From: Camelus dromedarius
Lineage: Eukaryota
Assembly: GCF_036321535.1 (NCBI RefSeq)
Contig: NC_087447.1
Coordinates: forward strand, 40,922,001 to 40,986,000
DNA: 64,000 bases
Direction: 5' to 3'
Below, piece after piece: positions 1 to 10,860 of this stretch. Position 1 is the first letter of the stretch, and the number at the start of each line of letters is the position of its first letter. Position numbers and translations under genes: made by a program. The notes under the pieces were generated by a model. The model ran no database searches. It was not told the origin of the DNA and saw only the letters and a program-made list of their open reading frames with translations.

Positions 1-374
1 AGCTGCAGTCAGAGAGGTGGAGGCGCGGCAGCCTCACTCCCAGACGTGGGTCAGGAGAGGCTTCCAGAGTGACAGAGATGCTGAGAACCACAGGAAGAGG
101 GGGATTCAGTCAGGCAAAGAGAAGGCCAAGGCAGCGGGTCTGTGCAGTGGGAACAGCAGCACAGACCGAGAGGGGAGGCGGAGCTTCGTCCTCTGACACA
201 CTTCCTGTGTTACAGGAAAGAGACAATAAGAGAGATATTATTACCGACCTGGCTGAGTTGTTTTGAGGATTAGGTGGGATAACACAGAGAAAGCATTTCT
301 TCATGTACCTGGCACATAGGTGCACTCATAAAAGCAAGTTTCCCTGAACGGCTTTCAGGAAGTTCCCGGCAGTA

Positions 375-560
375 ATGATAGCAGCTAACGGTTATTGCAC
401 GTTTGCTGTCTGCCAGGCCGTGTGCTCAGCACTTGTAGACATTGTTTCAGTTAATCCACAGACCTGTGAGGTTGGCACTGTTATTATCCCTGTTTGAGAG
501 AGAAGGAAGCAGACAAGGAGTGATGTTGCTTTGTCCAAGCCCACAGCTGAAGCCAGGATT
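375..560 (-). mobile_element. MIR SINE fragment
   Basis: TGCCAGGCCGTGTGCTCAGCACTT...CCTGTGAGGTTGGCACTGTTATTATCCC resembles the reverse MIR core. Confidence 0.6.
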
Positions 561-1139
561 CCATCTCAGTCTGTCTCCCCCAACTTCCTCAACAAACCAC
601 TGCTTAATGGGGGGGGGGGGGGTGGGAGGACCTTATCAAAAGATACTTTTACCCACCCTTCAGTCAGAGGCTGACTTTGGGAACCCAGAGGACTATAAGC
701 TGCTCTTTCCAAGGGCTGAGAGTGGGCTTAAGCCAGAAGGGGACATTGAATATTGGCTTTCCTACCTAGACATGGTAAGACATTGGTTCATGGTACCTAG
801 ACATCTGTTCTGCTCATTGCCATGTTCTTGTAGATGAGTATAAGCGATAACTCTCCCTTCTCCTGCTCCCACTCTGGCCCCCTCCCCTCTTATTCTCCTA
901 CCAGACCTCCCACTCTAGAGAACCCTCATCAGCTGGGCATCTGCTGGGGCCTGGCCAAATGGCTGGGTCTGCAGGAAGCAGAGAAAATCTGATCCCAAAG
1001 TTTGCCCCAGGTCCAAAAACAGCTGACTCGTTGCCTACTTCCCCCAACACTTAAGAGCAAAGACTTCTGTCCAGGGAATTCTGAAGGCCATTGTGCCAAC
1101 CCTTGTACACATGGAAGGGGTGAAAAATCTAGCACCATC

Positions 1140-1140
<1 letters not shown>

Positions 1141-1178
<38 letters not shown>
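1141..1178. repeat. (TG)19 microsatellite
   Basis: Read directly from sequence. Confidence 0.98.
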
Positions 1179-1181
<3 letters not shown>

Positions 1182-1455
1182 ATCTTATATTTTTACCTAG
1201 ACTGTCTCAGTTCCCCAAACCTAGCTTGCTGTTTAATAAAATTCAAATGTGTCTCCTTCAAAGGAGGCTGGTCTTCCCTCAGCATTTTGTACACGGCAAA
1301 AGCTGGTGTTTGTTGGTTTCCATAGTAGTCAAGGGGCCTTGGGTTGATTATGGAAGTGGAGCCTGTCTCAGTGGAATGTTTGTTTATCCTGATTTAATGC
1401 ATTTGTTTCTCTGTTCCTTTTTCTTTGCTGTGGCCACCTGTCCTCTGATGTTCAG

Positions 1456-1551
1456 CTGCAGAACTCTCTGAAGACTGACTTGTGTCTTGATCAGGGTCCA
1501 GACACAGAGAATGTTCCTATCGTGTACATCTGCCATGGGATGACGCCCCAG
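1456..1551 (+). CDS. GALNT18: GALNT18 internal coding exon (third-last, 96 nt, phase 0/0); start of the ricin-B lectin domain
   Basis: Acceptor TTCAG ends at 1455 and donor CAG|GTGAGT starts at 1552. Translates LQNSLKTDLCLDQGPDTENVPIVYICHGMTPQ, which I recognise as GALNT18 (CLD motif of the lectin alpha repeat). Joins in frame to 27288. Confidence 0.95.
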
Positions 1552-2549
1552 GTGAGTGCTCTGAGAGCTCTCCGTGCCAGGGGTGTGCACGTGTGTGTTG
1601 GTGCGGGGAAGGAAAAGCTCAAGTCCGTCATGGCTACTCTGGGCCCAGGGGCCCTGGGAGTTTTTCTTTAGGAAGTATCCTCATGAGTGAAAAAGTGAGT
1701 CATACCTGCCATGCCCCAAAGGAGTCTGAAGAACAGATGCTGGGGTGCCAGGATCCTCTGGGGTGGGGAGCAAGGGAGACGATGCATCTCTAAAGAGGAA
1801 CACCTGCCTTCTTTGGGGAGACTGTGGGTAAATTATAGTCCTGGCTCTGGCAGCCATGACTTTCCCCAGAAGAAGGGAGCCCAAGGGTTTCCCCAGGCTC
1901 CCTGACTTCTCAGAGTCCTTTCACAGACTTCAGGCTCTGCCCTTGAGTAGATCATAGCTGATACCAAAATGTATAGCCACGAGATCCTTTCTAGCTCTTC
2001 TGACCTTCCAGTGGAGAATAAAGGGCAGCTACTAGGAAAGTAAGTTATCCTCCTAAAATTCCCCACTCTTACTCTAGGCTTCAGGTATCCAAATAGGATG
2101 TTGAGACACTGGCAAGAGAAATGGTTTATTCATTCGAGTACAATGGACAGTCATTTACCAAGAGTGCCAGAGACTGACGCGTTATCACTTGGCATTTTCA
2201 GAGTTTACTTGTCTTACCTCTAGAAGTGTTCAATGATTTTCAAAAAGACATTTTAGTATAGAAGATGTGTATGTTTGTGCAATTGCTGTTTAGTGTTTTA
2301 AAGAGTTGTTACCTGCCTAAACACACAACTGAAGGATGTTGTGATGTGTGCGTCACTCGGTGTACTGAGACTTCCCAGTGATTGTCCACTGTGATCTCCA
2401 CCACTTTGTCCTTTTCTGTGGGCCAGGCTGCTGTGACATCACTGACCGGTCAGTAAGATCACACTATCCCCACACCGCATAGTATAGTAACTCATTCTCC
2501 ATTCTTAGAATAATGTGACATTTTTAATCGGTGACTATTTTTATGTAAC

Positions 2550-3028
2550 CTTTTATTGATGTTTTAACATATATATAGAAAATAGACAAATTATAACTGT
2601 ACAGATTAATGAATTATCAGAGCAAACATACCCATGGAACCAGCACCCAGGTCAAGAACAAACATTATTGCTTGATTTTGGCTTTTTTGTAAATAGGATC
2701 ATAGGGAATATTCTTTCTCATGTTGGCATCTTTCTTTCATCATTATATCTGTAAAGTACATCCATGCTGTTACAGGTAGTTGTAATTTGTTCATTTTTAT
2801 TACTATGTAATATTCCATCTTATAAATATACCACATTCACTATATATTCTACTATTGATATACAGTTGGGCTATTGCCAGGTTAGGAGTATTATGAATAC
2901 TGCTGCTATGAATGTCTTTGTCCATGTCTTTTGGTGCACATATGTACTCTTTTCTTTTGGATATATACCCAGGAATCAAATTACTGAGCCATAGTGTTGA
3001 CATATGTTCACCTTTAGCAGACACTGCC
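2550..3028 (-). mobile_element. Old L1 (L1M-type) 3' fragment
   Basis: GCTGCTATGAATGTCTTTGTCCATGTCTTTTGGTG...GGATATATACCCAGGAAT matches the antisense L1 ORF2 end and 3' UTR. Confidence 0.75.
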
Positions 3029-3200
3029 TGTATTAGTCTGCTGGGGCTTCCATAACAAATGTCAAAGGCTGGGTGGCTCACAGTTCTGAGGCTGAAAGTC
3101 TAAGAGCAAAGTGCCTTCTGAGTTGGCTTCTGCTGAGAACTCAGTTTCTAGTTTACAAATGGTCTTCTTCTCACTGCGTCCTTACATAGCAAGGAGAGAG
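3029..3200 (-). mobile_element. MaLR (MLT1) LTR fragment
   Basis: TGTATTAGTCTGCTGGGGCTTCCATAACAAA...CTCACAGTTCTGAGGCTGAAAGTCTAAGA. Confidence 0.7.
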
Positions 3201-3239
3201 AATAAGGAAGCCTGAAAATATTGAGAGGCAAATGATCAG

Positions 3240-3480
3240 GTATAGTGATCAAGAACCAGACTACCTGGGTTCAAATCCCAGCCATACCACTTACTAACCT
3301 GGTTCCCTGGGTAGGTAGCATAATTTCCTTGTGCTCAATTTCATTACCTATAAATAGAGATTATAGTAGTACCTACCTCATAGGGTCACTAGAGGAATTA
3401 AATAAATTGATGCACCTAAAACATTTAGACAACAAACCTGGTACACAGTCATTGCTTACTAAATATTGTCTAATTATAGA
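3240..3480 (+). mobile_element. MIR SINE
   Basis: CTGGGTTCAAATCCCAGC...CACTTACTA...GTACCTACCTCATAGGGT...ATTAAATAA. Confidence 0.8.
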
Positions 3481-4273
3481 TTGGTAAAGAGACTCAAGAC
3501 GATGTCCATAAGAATGGGAATTGGTTAGCTTGGAGAGGAGCAGATTTAAGAGAGAGATGAAACTTCCAAAATTATAAGGACACAGATTTTTTGCTGAGTA
3601 TCAGGAAATTCTTCCTAGTCATTGGCTCAGGCAGTGGTGACCTCTCCACCACTAGAGGTGTCCAAGTCAAGTTTGGCGGGCTCCAGGGGCGTTATGAAGG
3701 GTTCCTATGTCATGTAGAGGCTTAAGCTGAGAAATCCCTAAGGTGCTCCCACCCTGAAATTCTATGACTTTTTAATTCATTCCCTTTTTCATTTTTCTTT
3801 AATGAATGAGAGTCCATCATGCGCCAGATACTGTTCTTGGCCCTAGGAGACAGTGATGAGCCAGGCGGAAGTCACTGCCCTCATGAAGTTTTCATTCTAG
3901 TGATGGAGTCAGAATTTTCTGTATTATTTAATCCTCACATCCTAAAGCCAGCCAGGGCTTGAACTCTTTTTCTCTCTTGGGCATTACGTGTGTGGCCACG
4001 GTTGAGCTGCATGCCTTGGATTTCAGCCAGCCATGACCAAGAACGGTAAAGGAGGAGGAGGACCAGAAGGCAGGACTGCGAGCTGGCCAAGTTCATCCTG
4101 CTGACTTTGAGAGTCCCCTCCCTTCATTGTTTCCTTCTTCCAAATTTCTAAGTTTTTCCATTTGGGGTTTTAAAACCAGAAAGGACCTATATCAACCAGA
4201 TAACAATCAATCCCCAAACCTCACTGGCATTAACCAAACAAGTTAATTTTGTCAATTCAAAAAAGTAAAACAT

Positions 4274-4501
4274 TTGCAGATACTAACTACTATATATAAA
4301 ATAGATAAATGACAAGGTCCTACTGTATAGCACAGGGAACTATATTTAATACCTTGTAATAGCCTATAATGAAAAAGAATATGAAAAGGAATATATATAT
4401 GTATGTATAACTGAATCACTATGCTGTACAGCAGAAATTAATACATCATGATAAACCTCCTATACTTCAATAAAAATTTTTTAATAAAATAAAATAAATT
4501 T
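4274..4501 (+). mobile_element. 5'-truncated artiodactyl-type L1 3' end with perfect 14-bp TSD
   Basis: CAAGGTCCTACTGTATAGCACAGGGAACTATA...CTGAATCACTATGCTGTACA and an A-rich tail. AAAAAGTAAAACAT occurs at both 4260-4273 and 4502-4515. Confidence 0.85.
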
Positions 4502-5027
4502 AAAAAGTAAAACATGACACAAACAAATTAAAATGAACATGTAAAAAAAAACTCATTAATAAAGGAACCAGTAAGATGGTTAAACAGGTACTGAAAGCAC
4601 TCAGTATCTGTAAGTATTTTCTAAAAAAGAATGTTAGAATAAAATAGTAGATTAGATATAAGAGTGGTTAATGTCCTACAGGGAAATAAAATGACAGCCT
4701 TTAGTGTGATCTTTTCTACCCCAGCAGAAATCTAGAAGTTAACGTTTAACTTCATAGTGTCTGGGTACTAATCAAAGGGTAAATAGCGAAGTCAAACACA
4801 GGTATATTCTCTTGGAAAATTACATACTCTTGGGTGGGCTTGTTGGACGATGCCCCAGTGTGTTATTGAAAGGATAGATAACCTCCCCTCCTTTCTGCCT
4901 TATTTCCAGGTTTTAGGTATTTCCTTACTCTTTTCACAAAGTTGGCTAAAGGTGGCGTGACTTTCCAGGCCATTAGTGACTCAGGTACCCTTGTGGATTC
5001 ATAGTCTAATTACATGGCCTTCCGCCC

Positions 5028-5441
5028 ATGTTATTTCCCAAGGCAGCTGTAACAGAGGAGTGCAGAATGGAAGTGTATCATCTCACAGCTCTGAAGGCTA
5101 GGAGTCCAGGACCAAGGTGGCAGCAGGGCCATGGTCTCTTTGAAGATGTTAGGAAAGGATCTGCTCCAGGCCTCTCCCCAGCTTCTGGTAGTTCCGTGGC
5201 TGGAGGGAGCATAACTCCAGCTTCGCATGGTGCTCTCCCGGTGTGCTGGTCTGTGTCCAGAATTTCCCCTTTTGCTGAGGATGCCAGTCATCCTGGATTA
5301 GGGGCCCACCCACTCCAGACCTCATCCTAATTTAAATAAGTCCATCTGCAGTGACCCTATTTTTGAATTTCCAACACCTGGGGTAATGGAGGTTAGGACT
5401 TCAACATATGAATGTTTTAGGTACACAGTTCAACCCACAAC
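5028..5441 (-). mobile_element. MaLR solo LTR (MLT1C-like)
   Basis: CTCACAGCTCTGAAGGCTAGGAGTCCA, GGATTAGGGGCCCACC, GGTTAGGACTTCAACATATGAA. Appears nested in an older MLT1 whose pieces lie at ~4970-5027 and ~5442-5620. Confidence 0.8.
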
Positions 5442-6236
5442 TCCCCCAAAGGGGAAGGGTGTGACTGGAAATCTGACTTCCGTGCCCCCAAGGTAAAGTG
5501 CCTCACGGCACTTCCTGTGACATTCAGTTCACCAGAGCTCTCACATGGCCCTGCCTAACTGCAGAGGATGTGGGAAGTTAGGGTTTTCTGCGTGCCCGGG
5601 AAGCCTTGTCCCTGCCACGCAAACGTAGGTATTTTCTAAATCAGTTCCTCCTCTGACAAATAAGAAAACAGGAAAATGGCATCTGGGGATGTGAGCCACT
5701 TAGCTGGAGTCACACCGCAGGTCACTGGCTGGGACAAGGCTAGGAAGGATGCCTACATTTCGGCTTCCATTTTCTCCCCAGTTCTGTTCATTCATCAAAC
5801 ACATGCTAAGTTGTCCTTCAGGAAGTGCTCACATTTTGGAAAGTTTCGTTTCCCTGGAAGAATAGATGTGGTCTAGTGATAGGAATGGTATCGTAGAGCA
5901 AAGAGGCCCAAAGACCTCGGGGACCCAAAGGCAGCTTGGCCTGGGAAGAGGGGCTGGGTTCACACCTGTGCTTAAACCTTTTGAGAGATTCTGCTTAAAC
6001 ATTGTTTAGAAAGTTCACTCTGATAGCACGGTGCTATCCCCAGGTCTCAGAGAAGGCCCTGGGTAGGAGAAAGCACAGTGTAACTAATCAGGTTAGTGAG
6101 GTGAAGCTGCCGGGAAGCAGGCTAATTGGTTAATGAGTAAACGTAACCATTTTATTTAAATTAGCAGCAAATTTTCAAGCAATCCTCAAAATAACTGAGA
6201 ATATTAGCCTTAATTAGTGTAACAGCCTGGAAAACT

Positions 6237-6375
6237 TCTTCTGCTGGAAAAAATACAACAATGGAATGTTCCCGCAGGCTCTATTTATTCAATCAATCAC
6301 TCATTCACTCACTCATACACTCCTTTACTCAGTCAACAAACGTGCATTGAGTATTATGTTCTGCCAAGAACTGTA
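6237..6375 (+). repeat. Copy 1 of a 139-bp local direct duplication (copy 2 at 7492-7630)
   Basis: Manual alignment: no gaps, 7 mismatches in 139 nt. Confidence 0.95.
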
Positions 6376-6641
6376 AAAGGCGGAGACAGCTTTGCCCCGG
6401 TTGCCAACCTGCAAGAGCCCCAGTGTGGAGAGGAAGGCAGACACTTAGATAATTACTGTTCATATGATGCAGCCTGCTGCCCCGAGTCCTTTCTCAGGCC
6501 ATCAGAGGAGAAATGGGACAAGACGGGATTTGGGGGGCCCCCCCGACTCTTTTTGCCTAAATCTTCTAGACTATAAAAGACAAAGTGGGGAAAAAAGTGA
6601 TTTTTCTATGGGAAGGTAAATTATTGGCTGGAGAAGAAGGA

Positions 6642-6642
<1 letters not shown>

Positions 6643-6685
<43 letters not shown>

Positions 6686-6694
6686 CACACACAC
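6643..6694. repeat. Interrupted (AC)n microsatellite
   Basis: Read directly; one GC interruption. Confidence 0.97.
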
Positions 6695-7275
6695 GATGAG
6701 GGGTGGGAAAGGGGGAGAGAAATGAATGAAAAAATGAGCTTATTTCTCTGCCGATCACTCTCTAGAAACCACCATCCCCACCTGGGGTCATAATGAAGCC
6801 ATCACCCTCCCCTGCCGGCAGTGCTCCCAAGGCTGACACGTGGGGCATTCGAGGCCTCTTGTGGATTGTGATTGCGCCCTGAGCACTTACAAGTAACATC
6901 CCAGAGACAGTTGAAAAAGTTTTACTTTGTGGGCCAAGAATTAATGTCCAGCCACTTCTCTGCACTCTTTGGCAGACTTCTTCTCTTCTCTCTGTTTTTT
7001 ACCTATAAACAAATAAGAATGCCAGGCACCAAGTGGTTGTGAGGTTTTGAAAGACTTCCCTGGCTTTGTTTCCTGGCCTGGACTTGATTAACCTGTGCCC
7101 TGCACGGCTCCTCCTGAGCGGTTGCATCGCCCAGGCGTTGGCTGAGGACTGTTAGTGCAGGGCTCTGCCTGGGCTACGGTTTCACAGGGAGCCTGACCCA
7201 GTCCTGAGGCTCTGGCTGCTCACCTCCAGCTCTGCATTATTCAAAGACAAATCCAGATAGGGTTCTTTGGATCTC

Positions 7276-7437
7276 TTTTTTTTTTTTTAAATACATCTTC
7301 TGCATTTAATATTTAACTTTACAATACATTTCTTAGAGTTTCCAAATACTGATTTGATTATATTTTTTAAAATTCTGTAAATCATCAACTCTTCCACCGA
7401 AGTAGAAATTGACTATGGTGAAATATAGAGTAAAAAA
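7276..7437 (-). other. Orphan poly(A)-tailed retro-insertion of unidentified source
   Basis: T13 at 7276-7288; TTTAAT (ATTAAA on -) at 7305-7310; CTTTGGAT at both 7265-7272 and 7441-7448. Confidence 0.55.
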
Positions 7438-7491
7438 GTCCTTTGGATTCTTGTGTTAACTTGTTAGTAGGGTAAATTCTCAGATCCTTCA

Positions 7492-7630
7492 TCTTCTGCT
7501 GGAAAACATACAACAATGGAGTGTCCCCACAGGCTCTATTTATTCAATCCATCACTCATTCACTCACTCATACATTCCTTTACTCAGTCAACAAACGTGC
7601 ATTGAGTATTATGTTATGCCAAGAACTGTA
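7492..7630 (+). repeat. Copy 2 of the 139-bp local direct duplication
   Basis: About 95% identical to 6237-6375; abuts the T-tail of the L1 at 7637. Confidence 0.95.
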
Positions 7631-7636
7631 CAATTC

Positions 7637-8260
7637 TTTTTTTGATTGAAATATAGTTGCTGTGCAATATTATATAAATTATAGGTGTACAATATAGTGA
7701 TTCACAATTTTTAAAGGTTATACTCCATTTACAGTTATTATAAAATAGTGGCTGTATGCTCTGTGTTATGCAATACATCCTTGTAGCTTATTTTATACCT
7801 AATGGTTTGTAACCTCTTACTCCCCCACCCCTATCTTGCCCCTCCCCTCCCTCTACCCACTGGTAACCGCTCGTTTGCTCTCTGTATCTGTGAGTCTGCT
7901 TCTTTTTCAATTATATTCACTAGTTTGTTGTATTTTTTATATTCCACACGTAAGTGATATCATATAGTAGTTGTCTTTCTCTGACGTGTTTCACTTAGCA
8001 TAACACCTTTCAAGTCCATCCATGTTGCTGCAGATGGCATTATTTCATTCTTTTTATGGCTTTTTAGTATATAGATACCATGTCTTCTTTATCCAGTCGT
8101 CTGCTGATGGAGACTTAGGTTGCTCCCTTATCTTGGCTGTTGTAAATAATGCTGCTATGAACATTGGGGTGCATGTATCTTTTTGAATTAGCATTTTTGT
8201 TTTTTTTCAGGTAAATACCCAAGAGTGAATTTGCTGGGTCATGTGGCGGATTTTTCAGTT
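7637..8260 (-). mobile_element. L1 3' fragment (ORF2 C-terminus plus 3' UTR)
   Basis: Begins TTTTTTTGATTGAAATATAGTTG; the minus strand reads PHDPANSLLGIYLK (cf. L1 ORF2 PYDPAIPLLGIYPK). Possible TSD CTG(T/A)ACAATTC at 7626-7636 and 8283-8293. Confidence 0.88.
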
Positions 8261-9649
8261 TATTGGCCTCTGAGCTGTAGCTCTGAACAATTCCAGGGGC
8301 CACCATTCCTGTGGGACAGAGTGAGTGGTGCCTCTGGGGTGATGCAGCCACTGGCCTTGTGATGGCCCTCCTCCCTCTCCCCCTTGGGGCAGCCATTCCT
8401 CAGCCCCTCCCTGCCGCACTCACTTTCACGGTGCAGGCTGGTTCGAGGGGGTAGTTTTTGCTGCTGGGGAACCAGGGCAGTGATTGATGCACTCACGAGC
8501 CGGGGATCAGGCGAGGCTGGGCTCTAGACCCAGTTCTGCCCATACCAAATGTGTGAGTGCGGCAAGTGACTCCATCTTTCTAACACCAGTTATGTTATAA
8601 CCTGTGACTCGGGGCTTGACTAAATTACTGTGAGGGCTCTGATGGCCCACGTGTGCCAACACCTCGCCCAGTGCCTAGAACACAATGGTCCGTGTGACTG
8701 TGTCACACCCAAGGGCAGCCGCTCCATGGGTGCAGAAGGGGAACGCTCGAGGCCAGGAAGAGCAGGCTGACCACCCGTGCTGCTTTCTCTCCCAGCACTG
8801 CCTCCCTTAGACTCTGGCTCTTTCACAGGGCACAGCTCAGGTGACCGTCACAGGGATCCGTCTCCATCACAGACACCCACTGGACATGCCCTCGATTATC
8901 TGCCTGGAGCTGGACCCCCCTGCTTTAGGAAAGCACCCTATTACCATTTCCCTTTCAGTCGTTGCACACAGAGCAGAGCCGGGGCCCTGACACAGGAGCT
9001 CAGCGTGGGGTGCGGGTGCACAGGGAGGGGCAGATGGATGGGCTTGGCACACAGATATTGATGCCACAGTGGTGACCTCCTCTTTCCCCGAGGATGGTGA
9101 ACCTTGGGCTGTTCTCGCAGCTTCAGCACTAGAAAAGGGAGTCACTGGATTTGTTATTCATTTCACACGATGTGTTCTTCACTTCATGTCCAAATTCCGC
9201 AATTAGAGTTGTAAACAGTGAGTTTTGCGTGACTTTTATTGCGCTCGCACAGGCTGGAGGGAGCAGTTGTTAATGGCCTCGCAGCAGGCCAGCAATGAGG
9301 AAAAAGGCTCTGGCTCACTACCCAGCAGAGGCTGAGCCTCCTGCCCTCCACCCTCCATTCTTGGAGAGCTTTGCTTCTCAGGCCTCTGGCCTTGGGGACT
9401 AGCCACTGAACCAGGTTCCGAGGGGCTGAATTTGGAACCCAACTTGACTCTGTGTTCTCTGACAAGTCGCTTCACTTGCCCGAGCCTCAGCTTGCTGATC
9501 AGGAAATTGGGGGCAAGGAGTGAGATTTAAACAAATGACAAACACAAGACACCAGCTCCGGTACAGAACTGGGCTCGGTGATGTTGGTATCTTCTTGTAA
9601 TTAGGGAAGTCTCTCAACCATTTTGAGAGCTTGCCAGTCTGCCTAAAGA

Positions 9650-9870
9650 TAATGATAACAACAGCTTCCTTTATTGTTTACTGTCCCCAGGCATTTTTCT
9701 AAATGTTGTACGTGTATAATCTCGATGAATACTCTCAAGAGCCCTGGGAAGTAGGTATTGCTGTTACCCTATTTGTACAGGGGAGAAAACTGGGCTCGGG
9801 GCAATTAGGGAAAGCGCTCAGGTCCCACAATTAGCAAGGGGTAGTGCCCGGCTCGAAACCCAGGTTGCCC
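9650..9870 (-). mobile_element. MIR SINE
   Basis: CCCTGGGAAGTAGGTATTGCTGTTACCCTATTTGTACAGGGGAGAAAACTGGGCTC. Confidence 0.7.
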
Positions 9871-10574
9871 AGCTGCGAGCCCACGCTCGGAGCTGTGACT
9901 CAGGACTGCCTCCCTGGTTTCATTAGATACGCGGCCTCTGCTCTCAGGAAGTTCTCTGGACAGAGGCAGGACAACAAGCCACCACTGTGTGGCGTGATGA
10001 AGGCTTGGCATCTCAGAGCCGTTCAGAGTGTCCTCACTGGGTGAATAAAGGCTGAGGTGAGACCACAGGGGAGGGAGCAGCTGACTTAGCCGACCCCCAG
10101 GCATGCTTTTCTCTTTGGGATCTAAAGGAAAACCGAGACTGATGTGCAGTTTTCTCCCTGAAGGGACTTATGGCAGGGGCCCAAGGCGATCTGAACATGT
10201 ACCCAGCTGCCGCTGCCCTTCCCCTCCACCCGGGGCCGGGGCACAGGACACAGGCGAGTCAGCTCTCTTGCCTCCTGAGGGCTCTCTGCACAGGCCCCTT
10301 GCCTGTGGGGTTCCCACTTCCTCTGAGGAACTGGGGCTACTGTCTTCACACAGGAAGTCGACTAGTCTCAGGATTCCAGGACCAAAGCACCATATCTAAC
10401 AGCCCCCACTTCTCCCCTCTGCTTATCCTCAGGTCTCAGCCAAGGGGCAGGCTTTCCTCACCGCCCCGTCTAAGGCGCTCTCAGTTGTTACTGCATCACA
10501 GCTCGTGTTGTGCGGTCACCTCGCAGAGCCGAGTCCGCAGACGCCAGGCCTGCGGATGCTTCGACTCTACCACG

Positions 10575-10663
10575 CTGTTTTATATAAGGGACTTGAGCAT
10601 CTGTGGATTTTGGTATCCGCAGGGTCCTGGAACCAATTCCCCACAGATCGTGAGGGACAACTG
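10575..10663 (-). mobile_element. MER2-like TcMar-Tigger terminal fragment
   Basis: TTTTATATAAGGGACTTGAGCATCTGTGGATTTTGGTATC...GAGGGACAACTG; same family as 60805-61149. Confidence 0.75.
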
Positions 10664-10724
10664 CCTGTACAAATGTAACTGTAATCGCAGCTGGCGGGTA
10701 TACATAGATTGGTGTACTTGGCAG

Positions 10725-10860
10725 TGGTCTCGCTCCGCCACTAGATGGTAAGCTCCTTGAGGGCAGGCACTTTGCTTTGTTCTCCAGTGTATCCCCGGTG
10801 CCTTGCACACTGCCTGGCTCAGAGTAAGCTTCAGTGCACTCTGGTTAGCAAATGGATCTG
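10725..10860 (+). mobile_element. L2 3' end fragment
   Basis: CCACTAGATGGTAAGCTCCTTGAGGGCAGG...TGTATCCCCGGTGCCTTGCACACTGCCTGGC. Confidence 0.7.

Noticed and set aside
609..622. G14 homopolymer (also G13 at 16521-16533) as a functional element
   Set aside because: Simple mononucleotide runs, prone to slippage and assembly error, with no supporting context.
1480..1671. Track ORF MCLDQGPDTENV... as a stand-alone gene (likewise 27261-27587)
   Set aside because: Each is a GALNT18 exon read through into intron; similarity ends at the GT donor.
3645..3665. CCACTAGAGGTGTC as a CTCF site
   Set aside because: Lacks the GGC of the core and lies in what looks like a decayed CR1/L3-type tail without CpG enrichment.
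10578..10617. About 40-nt exact match to ~61050-61089 as a segmental duplication
   Set aside because: Both are the conserved end of the same MER2-like transposon family.
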